The notes under the pieces are model-generated. The model had not been told where the DNA came from, made no database searches, and was given only the letters and a program-made list of their open reading frames with translations. From a virus (taxonomy: Duplodnaviria; Caudoviricetes): a DNA stretch of 26,099 nucleotides. Position 1 is the stretch's first letter. Each line of letters opens with the position of its first letter. The translations under genes were made by a program, and so were the position numbers. Below are positions 17,145 through 25,592 of this stretch, piece after piece. Where the stretch lies: positions 1 to 26,099 of IMG/VR virus record IMGVR_UViG_3300032092_000208. One strand, 5' to 3'.

Positions 17145-20100
17145 TTATCCTTGGCGTGTTCCAGCTAAACTTCCACCAAATCTTTGTTCATTTTTAATAG
17201 CATCTAATACTACAGCATAAACTTTACTATTCAAATTCTTAGATAATGCTACATCTTGTTGAGCATAACTTGTAGAACTAGATCCAACTTCAATTGTTCC
17301 ATCTCTACTAACATTAGTATTGAAATTAAATGAATTAGTAGCATTTGTGGTATTAACAACATTAGAATTACTATTTGATATTGGCGACATACCTCCCGCT
17401 TGCATTCCAACACCATATCTTTTAACTATAGGAGTATTATATAATCCGCCTTCCATATAACCTGGAATTGTATCAGACAAACGAGACCCAATTAATCCAC
17501 CAGTCTGTTTACCAAATGGATTCATTTTTTGATACCAAGGTGATTGACCATAAGCAGTTGGACCAGAGAAGAAACTCTTTACTCCACTATAACTGCTTCC
17601 TCCAGTATAAGCTCCTGAGTATGGACTTATTAAACCTTTATCTATGAAAGGTTTGATAGAAGCTGATTCAGCTTTTGTTAAATTTGCTCCACTAGTTAAT
17701 TTACCAGATAAAGCTTGCGCTTGTTTAGATTGAGTATTTTGTGCGATATTTGACATTCCTTGTGCTAAACCTATAGATGCTACAGCAGCAACCAAAGATC
17801 CAATTAGAGCCGCTCTTTGTTGTTTATTTGCAAAAGCTTTTCTTCTACGCTCTTCAGCAGCAGCTACTTCAGCATCTCTTAATTCACCATATAACTTACT
17901 ATTTTCCATTCCATAAGTTGTCATATTAGCTTCCATTGATTTGAGATCTGTAAATTCATTACTAAATGAACCTCCAGAAGCAAAACGAGGAGCCATTGCA
18001 AAATTTAGTTGATCAAGTGAAGCTGGACCACCCATTGCCATTACCGCTCTTCTATTCAAGACGTATTCCCCATTTTCGAGTAGTGCTGGATATTTATCTC
18101 CAGTTCCTGAGCCAGAAACATACATACCAGATTGAGCGCGAATTACGCCTCCTTTTTGTTGTTTTCTTATAGATCCACTTAAATCAACTCCATATCCTTG
18201 AACAAGACTAGGAGCAAACGATCCCATGATTTGATAAATACTAGATCTTAACATCATAGTACTTAGTTCATCAAGAAATTTAGCGGCTATGCCCATTAAT
18301 GCTTGACCTAAATTATCTGATTCTCTAATCGCAGCTTTTATGCCATCTACTAAGCCATCAGCAAACATTTTTGGTATTTGTCTTCCTATTGTTCCAATCA
18401 ACGCTTCGCCTTCATTAGCAAGATCTCTAAATCCAGCTTTGAATTGAAACATAAAGTTTGAAGATAAATTTATTTCTTCAAAAGCTGCTTTTAATTGCGC
18501 GGCAGCTTCTTCTAAATCACTAGCAGCGTCTTTTGAATTTTTTCTTAATTCTTCTGAAGCCGCATCAATTGCTTCTACAAATGTTTTTTGACTATCGACT
18601 AGTTTTAATGGATCTAAAGTTCCAAAAGTTCTTTGTGCAAAACCCCTCATTTGAGCCAAAGCTTTTTGAGGATCTTTTAAATCAAGAGATTCTCTAGTTT
18701 TAGCTAAATCTATTTTTTGTGCATCACTTAAACCTTCAACATTAGTTGTTATTACTTTAGATATTGAATCTAAATCTTTTATAGAACGAGATGCTCCTAT
18801 ATCAGACATAGCTATTTTATACTGATAAGAAGCCATTTCTCTTTTTCCATAAAGTTGTTCTGTTACATATCCTTCTGTTTTTGATTTAACTTGTCTTAAT
18901 CTTTTTTCTTGATTTAATAATCTACTTTCGTCTTGTATTCTTGTATTTAAATATATTATAGATTTTTTTAATTGAAAATTTAAATCGGCTACAGCTTCAG
19001 CATTTTTTGTTGTTATTATTTCTTCAGCTTTTTTCAAAGCAAAATACATAGAAAGTTCTGAGAATAATTTATTAAAAGCCGCTGGATCTGCTAAAGTTTT
19101 TACTAAAACACTTCCAGTTTCTTTTCCTTTTTTTAATGTAGCAATTAATACTTCTTTTTGATCTTTGGATAGCTCAGTTATTGAATTAATTGATTTTTCA
19201 AAATTTCCAACGAAATCAGGTATAAAACTAACATACATTCCACTTATACCCGCTTGAATTTTTTTCAACGATTCTGATTGAACATTTCTAAACATTGAGA
19301 AAAATTGTTCATTTTGCTGATAAACGGCTTTTTGAGTATCTGGATCTATAAGATCTAATTTTGTTAACGCAGATGTGTCTTTAGTTAACATTGATTTTAG
19401 CGATTGAACTATTTCTAATCCATATAAACCAGAAGTTGGACCTGTAGTTTTCATACCAACTTCTTTAGCTCTTTCTTTTGTCAATCCCACTAAATTAGCT
19501 GAAAAAGTTTCAATATTTAATGTTGCTTCTTTTTGTTTTAAAGTATATTCATTAAGAATGTTAGTCATTTTAACAACATCATTTCCAGCATCAGATAAAG
19601 CGTTTTTAAGATTAGAGTCTTTAATATTAGCAAAAGCTAACGAAGCTTCTTTTCCTAATTTATTTGCATCTTTAATATTTTCATTTGCAGCTATTTTTGA
19701 TTTCGCTTGAATGTATTCAGAAGCGGCGTCAAAACTTTCTTTTTCTTTTATTTTCTTTTCTTCATATATTTTTGTCAAATCATCTAAATTTGTTTTTGAA
19801 CTATTTATTGCAGTGATTAATCCAGTTAATCCTCCCAAAACTCCACCAATAACTGCTCCAGGCGCTCCACCAATCATTCCACCTATTTGTAATCCAGTAG
19901 AACCAGAAGCCAAAACATTACTAAAAGCAGATGATTTGAAACGTTCTTGTTCTGTAAGTTTTTCTCTTGATTTTCCACCTGTATAGAAACTTTCAATTTG
20001 ACCAGCGAGCATATTACCAGCTATAGTGGTAAATGGATTTGCAGCAATTCTACCTAAACGTTTACTAACTGCTCCTATAATTGATTTTCCACCTCCACCA

Positions 20101-23100
20101 GAAGTATTTTGATTTGTTGCATTTGAAGCGGCGTTATTAACTGAATTTGAAACGTTAGCGCCTAAATTACTAGCACTAACTTTAATTTTTGACATACCAG
20201 AACTCAAAGCGGCTTTAGCTTGTTGCGAACCTTTTTCTATCGTATCCGCAAAAGCAGCCGCGAAAACGCCTATATAATCGTAAGCATATTTCATTTTTTT
20301 AACAACGTTTTTAGCAATTTTTTCCGCTTCAGCTTGTAGAATAGCAGGATCAAATCCAGATTGTGCATTTTGAGATTGGCTTTGGGTTTGATTTCTCGCC
20401 ATTTTTCTTCTAGCTGATCTACTATTTCCAAAATTTGGAATAAATCCTCCATGCATCAATCCAGCGGCTTTTTGACCTCTCATTGAATCACTCAATGCAT
20501 TGCCTAAACCTCCATGATCAGCAATTGCGGAACTAAATGTTGGCTGACTGCTATTTCTAATATGAGGGAAAGGCTTAGTATCAAAGATAGCTTTATTTCC
20601 GCTCATGCTTTCTTCTAAACCCATTACTGCTTGTTTATAAGCAAAGTTAGGAATAAATCCACTTGCAGAAGCCATTGCTAAGAACGCAGGATTTTTAACA
20701 TAACTATTTAATAAACTATTTGTTTCTGCGGACAATCCTTTTACAAGATCAGGACTACTTTTAGCCATTTGAGAATAGCTTGTTCCTGCAAGTTGAGAAA
20801 AAGTTTTTCCAAATGCGGAAGGCAATTGATTCTCATGTCCTAATTCATTAAATGTAATTATTGATTCTTTTATTTTAGCTGCACCAGCAGGATTAGCTTT
20901 GGCAAATCGTTCGTATTTGTCATTTAAATTTCCAGAAATAGAACCAGTTAAATTTGCTTTTGGAAAACCTTTATATTCAAGAGCTATGTCTCCTAAAAAC
21001 GCATCAAATGCTGATTGTTTTTGATCTGTTCCAGGTTGCAAGGCATAACCCCTAATCAACTGATCTTTAATTTTTGATTGGGAAACTAATTGCATCGCTT
21101 TAAATACAAAATCCTCATACAATGGAGCGAAAATATTATTATCTCCAACCTTATCTGCACCTTTAGCACTACTTCTAAAATTAACTTGTCTAAAAGTATC
21201 TACGTCACTTGCTTTAGATATTCCCAAAGCAGGTTGAATAGCATCAAAAGCAGGATTACCAAATTTTTTAAACCAAGGAACTCTTATTGCACTAGTAGGA
21301 GGAGCAAAATTAGGAATAAAGCCAGAACCATATACTTTATCTTGAGCAAATTGCATTGTTATTTTTCTTTTCAAAATATTTTTTTTCTCTGAATCTGGTA
21401 AATCATTTAATAAATTATTTTTAGCTGTAGTTTTTAAACTAGAAATCAATGAAGTTTGCGTAACGCTAGAAGAATCAGAACCATCACCTATTATTTCTGT
21501 ATAATAAGGTCTTATAAATAAATCGCCAAGAAGCCCTTCATTTGAAATTAAAGATGATTTATCATTTAATTTTATTCTTCTTGATGATGATCCTTGTTTT
21601 GGCAAATAACCATAATAATTTTCCCCTAAATGATTAATTATTTTACTTATATTTTGAGAAGCTGTATGACCATAACCAGCATGAGCGTCAGCAAATGAAT
21701 TTGATTTATAAAGTCTTGGATTAAAACCTTTGTTAATAGGCTTAAATCTAACTTCATTAAAATCTATTGCTGCATTATAAGCAGGAGAAACTCCAATATC
21801 ATTTCCGACACTAGCTTCAAAACCTCTACCAATAGCAAATTGATCTATTTTTTTAATAGCAAAATTTGGAATAAATCCATTAAACATATATGGATCAACA
21901 CCTGTTCTACTTATAGCATTTTGTCTATGTGCGCGACCAGCTTTTGATCCAGCAGGAGGATTAATAAAAGGTTGAGCAAAACCGGGAATATATTTTACAT
22001 CTTCCGCAGTATTCATTACCCCACCAACAGGAGACGAAACAACTCTGCCGGGAGTATATCCACCAGCTTGTGCGCCAACAACTTCCGCCATTCTTGTTGC
22101 ATTAGGAATATATCCACCTGCGCGAGTAACTTGCAATCCACCAGATCCTTTTACTCTTACTCCTTGAGTAGCTAATTGAGCGGCTAATTGTTTAGCAAGT
22201 GTAGACTGCATTTGATATTCTGCTGTCTGTTGTCTAGCTATTTGAAGTAGCAATTGCGCTTGCGCTGCTTGATTACCCATTAGTCCAGAAAGAGCTTGCG
22301 AAGCTGGCCCTTGTTGCTGCATGATTTGCAAAATAGATTGTTCGATATTTTTTCTATTTTGTGTTTCGGTAGTTATACCAGCGATCTGAGGCAAAGCCTG
22401 ACTAAGATAAGTAAAAGAATTTTGTATTAATTTAAAAAGAGTAAAAAATGCAGCAATAGCACCGGGACCAGCTATTACATTTCTAATTCCTTTTAAGAAA
22501 CCATTCGCAAATAAAGCCCCAGCATCATCGCCTTCCAATAAAGTGTTTAATCCTTCAATAAAACTCTTTAATTGTTCTGTTCCATATTTAGCTAATGGTT
22601 CAAATGTTACTTTACCAATATTATTAGCTAATTGTTGTGTAGATACAGCAGTTTGTTTTAATAACGCATCAAGAGTTTGATTCAATTTTGCAGTAGCTAC
22701 TTCAGCTTCATTTGTTGCTGAAGCGCCTCTTTGTAAGGCTCCAGCATACACGCCTTGTGATTTATTTAAATCGTTAACAATTGCTTTTAAGATGTTGACT
22801 TGATAAACACCCGCAACTTGTTCAGACAATTGCGCTCTTTGAGCATCAGCCAATCCTCTATAAGCTCCAGCAAAGTTTTGTAATATCTGAACGGCTGGTA
22901 AAATATTTCCTTCAACATCTCTAACTGCTATATTAAAAGCTTCCAACTGATCTAAAGTTTCAGTACGCTGTAAACGAGTAAAAATTGTTTTTAATGCGTT
23001 ACCGATTACTGCACCACCTCTTGCAGTGCTTTGTTGTGCGGAAGTTACCAATGCGTTTAACTGATCAAGACTAACTCCAGCTTCTTGCGCTGCTTGACCT

Positions 23101-23756
23101 GTACGAGACAAAGCTTCAGCCAAATCTCCTGCGCCTACGGCATAGTCTTGTTCAACCGCAACGAGTTTATTTAATATTTGAGTAGTAGTGATTCCAGTTG
23201 CAGCAAAACCGTTTACAGTGGAAGTTAATGCATCAACAGCATTTGCAGTGCTAATTCCAGCTAATCTAGTTAATGTAAGAGCATCTTTTGTTCTTTGTAA
23301 AGTATCTTCAGCTTTTAAACCTTGACGAGAAAATTCAAGAGCGGCTTTAGAAGCGTCATCAAAAGATGAAGCCGTTTGCTTGCTAACATTAAATAAATCT
23401 GTACTAAATTTTTGTAATTGACTTGTAGTTAGTCCAAATACACGATTAATATCTGCAAGATTCTTTTCTACGTCTATCGTAACACTAGCTAATTCTTTAA
23501 AACTGCGAATGACTCCACCTAAAACAGCAGTTGAAGCGCCGAATGCAATAACGCGAGCATTAGAAGCGGCTAGTGCTGCTTCAAAGTCTTTAACATCGCC
23601 CGTCATTCTGCCAAGAGGCTGAGAGAAAGCTCGTTGATTAACCGTTAGATTAAGTTGATTATTCTGAGCGAATCTTTGGTTATACGCTTGAACACCAGCT
23701 TGAATAGAAGCGGTTAATGCTGCTTGATTGGCGGCGACATTAATTTGAACTGCCAT
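17145..23756 (-). CDS. Tail tape measure protein, TP901-type core, with internal motif-delimited cargo domains (2203 aa)
   Basis: Ala/Gln-rich helical N-terminus with the TP901 core (AALEFSRQG, DALTSTVNGF, DLAEALSRTG, GGAVIGNALKTIFTRL). Hydrophobic Gly-rich segments, C-terminal GSGTGDKYPALLENGEYVLN...FASGG, and position upstream of tail-tip genes. Confidence 0.93.
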   Translation of the reverse strand: MAVQINVAANQAALTASIQAGVQAYNQRFAQNNQLNLTVNQRAFSQPLGRMTGDVKDFEAALAASNARVIAFGASTAVLGGVIRSFKELASVTIDVEKNLADINRVFGLTTSQLQKFSTDLFNVSKQTASSFDDASKAALEFSRQGLKAEDTLQRTKDALTLTRLAGISTANAVDALTSTVNGFAATGITTTQILNKLVAVEQDYAVGAGDLAEALSRTGQAAQEAGVSLDQLNALVTSAQQSTARGGAVIGNALKTIFTRLQRTETLDQLEAFNIAVRDVEGNILPAVQILQNFAGAYRGLADAQRAQLSEQVAGVYQVNILKAIVNDLNKSQGVYAGALQRGASATNEAEVATAKLNQTLDALLKQTAVSTQQLANNIGKVTFEPLAKYGTEQLKSFIEGLNTLLEGDDAGALFANGFLKGIRNVIAGPGAIAAFFTLFKLIQNSFTYLSQALPQIAGITTETQNRKNIEQSILQIMQQQGPASQALSGLMGNQAAQAQLLLQIARQQTAEYQMQSTLAKQLAAQLATQGVRVKGSGGLQVTRAGGYIPNATRMAEVVGAQAGGYTPGRVVSSPVGGVMNTAEDVKYIPGFAQPFINPPAGSKAGRAHRQNAISRTGVDPYMFNGFIPNFAIKKIDQFAIGRGFEASVGNDIGVSPAYNAAIDFNEVRFKPINKGFNPRLYKSNSFADAHAGYGHTASQNISKIINHLGENYYGYLPKQGSSSRRIKLNDKSSLISNEGLLGDLFIRPYYTEIIGDGSDSSSVTQTSLISSLKTTAKNNLLNDLPDSEKKNILKRKITMQFAQDKVYGSGFIPNFAPPTSAIRVPWFKKFGNPAFDAIQPALGISKASDVDTFRQVNFRSSAKGADKVGDNNIFAPLYEDFVFKAMQLVSQSKIKDQLIRGYALQPGTDQKQSAFDAFLGDIALEYKGFPKANLTGSISGNLNDKYERFAKANPAGAAKIKESIITFNELGHENQLPSAFGKTFSQLAGTSYSQMAKSSPDLVKGLSAETNSLLNSYVKNPAFLAMASASGFIPNFAYKQAVMGLEESMSGNKAIFDTKPFPHIRNSSQPTFSSAIADHGGLGNALSDSMRGQKAAGLMHGGFIPNFGNSRSARRKMARNQTQSQSQNAQSGFDPAILQAEAEKIAKNVVKKMKYAYDYIGVFAAAFADTIEKGSQQAKAALSSGMSKIKVSASNLGANVSNSVNNAASNATNQNTSGGGGKSIIGAVSKRLGRIAANPFTTIAGNMLAGQIESFYTGGKSREKLTEQERFKSSAFSNVLASGSTGLQIGGMIGGAPGAVIGGVLGGLTGLITAINSSKTNLDDLTKIYEEKKIKEKESFDAASEYIQAKSKIAANENIKDANKLGKEASLAFANIKDSNLKNALSDAGNDVVKMTNILNEYTLKQKEATLNIETFSANLVGLTKERAKEVGMKTTGPTSGLYGLEIVQSLKSMLTKDTSALTKLDLIDPDTQKAVYQQNEQFFSMFRNVQSESLKKIQAGISGMYVSFIPDFVGNFEKSINSITELSKDQKEVLIATLKKGKETGSVLVKTLADPAAFNKLFSELSMYFALKKAEEIITTKNAEAVADLNFQLKKSIIYLNTRIQDESRLLNQEKRLRQVKSKTEGYVTEQLYGKREMASYQYKIAMSDIGASRSIKDLDSISKVITTNVEGLSDAQKIDLAKTRESLDLKDPQKALAQMRGFAQRTFGTLDPLKLVDSQKTFVEAIDAASEELRKNSKDAASDLEEAAAQLKAAFEEINLSSNFMFQFKAGFRDLANEGEALIGTIGRQIPKMFADGLVDGIKAAIRESDNLGQALMGIAAKFLDELSTMMLRSSIYQIMGSFAPSLVQGYGVDLSGSIRKQQKGGVIRAQSGMYVSGSGTGDKYPALLENGEYVLNRRAVMAMGGPASLDQLNFAMAPRFASGGSFSNEFTDLKSMEANMTTYGMENSKLYGELRDAEVAAAEERRRKAFANKQQRAALIGSLVAAVASIGLAQGMSNIAQNTQSKQAQALSGKLTSGANLTKAESASIKPFIDKGLISPYSGAYTGGSSYSGVKSFFSGPTAYGQSPWYQKMNPFGKQTGGLIGSRLSDTIPGYMEGGLYNTPIVKRYGVGMQAGGMSPISNSNSNVVNTTNATNSFNFNTNVSRDGTIEVGSSSTSYAQQDVALSKNLNSKVYAVVLDAIKNEQRFGGSLAGTRQG
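20427..22118 (-). repeat. Dispersed protein-level repeat G[FY]IPN[FA] (5 copies) inside the TMP
   Basis: GGYIPNA 22098-22118, GFIPNFA 21858-21878, GFIPNFA 21303-21323, GFIPNFA 20640-20660, GFIPNFG 20427-20447. Degenerate YIPGFA at 21975-21992. Confidence 0.9.
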
Positions 23757-23764
23757 ATTTCTTA

Positions 23765-23771
23765 TTTACAC
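23765..23771 (-). promoter_or_regulatory. Putative late promoter GTGTAAA upstream of the TMP gene
   Basis: The 28-bp intergenic gap reads GTGTAAATAAGAAAT-ATG on the minus strand, with no clear Shine-Dalgarno. Confidence 0.6.
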
Positions 23772-23784
23772 GTTAAATTATCGA

Positions 23785-24780
23785 TTATCCGAATAATTTC
23801 ATCATGTCGTCCATACTCAATGAACCACCTTTTTTCTTAGCTTCATCAGCTAAAGATAAAGTTTTTTGTCCTTTTGCTTTTAAACCTATATATTCAAGAT
23901 CTTCAGGCGTTGCACCAACAATAGAAGTTGCTTGATTTTCTTTATTATTTTTATTTTCTATAGCTTTTTTAGCATTCTCATTAGCATTAACATAATCAAT
24001 AATTTTATCAGGATCATTTCTGATCTCTTGAGGCATTTTATCATTTTGTTGAAAAACATTCTTAAAAAATCTTGCATAAATAAGCAATTTTATCTGATTG
24101 TAAGTAAGCTCACATACTGATTTACCAAAGAATTCAGTAGGATTTTCTGCAAAAGGCATATATAAATTAAAAAAATCTTGCAAAACTAAATGTTGAATTG
24201 TGTTATCATTTATGTTTTTATATACTTCAGTATATTGTTTTATAATACAAGTTAAAGTTTCTGAATCAATATTATCAAACTGATCCTCTTCAAAAGCAAC
24301 TTTGCTTAGTTTTTTATCTTTATATAAGCATTTAAGAATATAAAAATCATTAACCCTCTCTTCAGCATAGCTTTCGGCAGTTCTGTTAAAAAAAGCTGCT
24401 TTTGTATTTTTTAAATCGTATAATCGTTTTTGCGCCGACTCTATATCAGCATTTATTCTTAATATTTCTGATTTCAAGAATAAAGTTTTTTTCTGCTTTT
24501 GAAAATTTTCTATTAAATCTTCTTCTTGTTTAATTAAAGATTCCTGCCGATTGGTCCATTGTTTTTCTTCAATTAGACGTTTAAGAGTTTCATCGTTTGT
24601 AGGAACCCCTCTACTTTTCGCTTCGTCAAAATAATGATCGTAGATCTGATCGATATCGACCTGATCTTCTAAAGACAAGTGCTTTAAATAAAAAAGATTC
24701 TCTAAAACTTTAATTTCAGAGAATCCATTTTTAATATCCCGAAAAGCTTTCTTGTATTTACTCTGTTGGGATTGTTCCAT
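23785..24780 (-). CDS. Hypothetical protein, putative tail assembly chaperone (331 aa)
   Basis: Charged, helical/coiled-coil composition, immediately upstream of the TMP. GGAG lies 6 nt before its ATG. Function is inferred from position only. Confidence 0.5.
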   Translation of the reverse strand: MEQSQQSKYKKAFRDIKNGFSEIKVLENLFYLKHLSLEDQVDIDQIYDHYFDEAKSRGVPTNDETLKRLIEEKQWTNRQESLIKQEEDLIENFQKQKKTLFLKSEILRINADIESAQKRLYDLKNTKAAFFNRTAESYAEERVNDFYILKCLYKDKKLSKVAFEEDQFDNIDSETLTCIIKQYTEVYKNINDNTIQHLVLQDFFNLYMPFAENPTEFFGKSVCELTYNQIKLLIYARFFKNVFQQNDKMPQEIRNDPDKIIDYVNANENAKKAIENKNNKENQATSIVGATPEDLEYIGLKAKGQKTLSLADEAKKKGGSLSMDDMMKLFG

Positions 24781-25537
24781 CTATTTCTCCAATGATTCTA
24801 TCGAACTCTTCCTTTTCAGTGTTGCTTGTAAAGAACCAATAACTAATAAGACTTGCTAACTTAGTATAGCATTTTTCGTAAATTTCATTCTTATTTTCTT
24901 CATAATCAAACATTGCTGCTTCTTTAGCTTCAAAAGTTTTACCCGGAAATAACCATTCAAATTCAGCATTTTTCTTACTATTGTCCTTAAATTGAGTAAG
25001 ATTAAGCACATACCATAGAATAGCTCTATTCTGAGCTTTAATATCAGCAGTATGATTAAAAAGAGTCATATAACTAGTCTCTTTTTCGATCAAAGTCTTG
25101 CGTCTTTGTAGAATTTCAGAGGTGACAGATTCAATTTTCTTTTTGTAATCTTCATCTCTTTCTGATTCTGGCTTTAGATTAAGAATTGTAAGTCTACTTT
25201 GTAGATCTCCAATTTCTCCAGCGGCAGAAACCATAATCTTTGCATCTGTATCGCTAATCAAACCACCAGTATCGCTATACTTATTTAGCAACATCGCTTT
25301 TGTTAAGATCCCATTTCTAATACATCTACTCATCTCAATACTAAATTCCATGTCGGCTTCTTGCATTTGTTTGCGATTTGGCTGCAAAATATTTATTTCT
25401 ACTGGGATTTGCTTCTTTACCTTTTCCTTGTAAGTGCGAGTAACTGACTCGCCTTGTTCGTTTGTCACCGTTTCAGTCTTGTCTTCTTCGACCTCGGCAT
25501 TTTTAAAAATATTGAAACTATACAGAGACTTTGACAT
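24758..25537 (-). CDS. Hypothetical protein, putative tail assembly chaperone (259 aa)
   Basis: Long charged helical ORF, first gene of the minus-strand tail operon, with a 23-nt overlap with the next gene. Function is inferred from position only. Confidence 0.45.
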   Translation of the reverse strand: MSKSLYSFNIFKNAEVEEDKTETVTNEQGESVTRTYKEKVKKQIPVEINILQPNRKQMQEADMEFSIEMSRCIRNGILTKAMLLNKYSDTGGLISDTDAKIMVSAAGEIGDLQSRLTILNLKPESERDEDYKKKIESVTSEILQRRKTLIEKETSYMTLFNHTADIKAQNRAILWYVLNLTQFKDNSKKNAEFEWLFPGKTFEAKEAAMFDYEENKNEIYEKCYTKLASLISYWFFTSNTEKEEFDRIIGEIDGTIPTE

Positions 25538-25592
25538 AATTTATTTATACTAATATATATTCTATAGTTTTTCAACCAGTGTAAAAGTAAAT
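25538..25592. promoter_or_regulatory. 55-bp divergent intergenic region with back-to-back putative late promoters
   Basis: Minus strand GTATAAATAAATT-ATG (25550-25538) contains the exact T4 late consensus TATAAATA. Plus strand GTGTAAAAGTAAAT-ATG (25579-25592). Confidence 0.6.

Noticed and set aside
13303-24120. Short plus-strand ORFs (13303, 17966, 19711, 21090, 21972, 23932), including 21090-21392 as a possible antisense immunity gene for the nuclease cassette
   Set aside because: All lie fully antisense to long conserved genes, mostly have non-ATG starts, and show no recognisable protein features or promoter motif.
24758-24800. Programmed -1 frameshift between the two chaperone-position genes
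   Set aside because: The downstream gene is in the +1 frame, is preceded by an in-frame TAG, and no slippery heptamer is present in the overlap.
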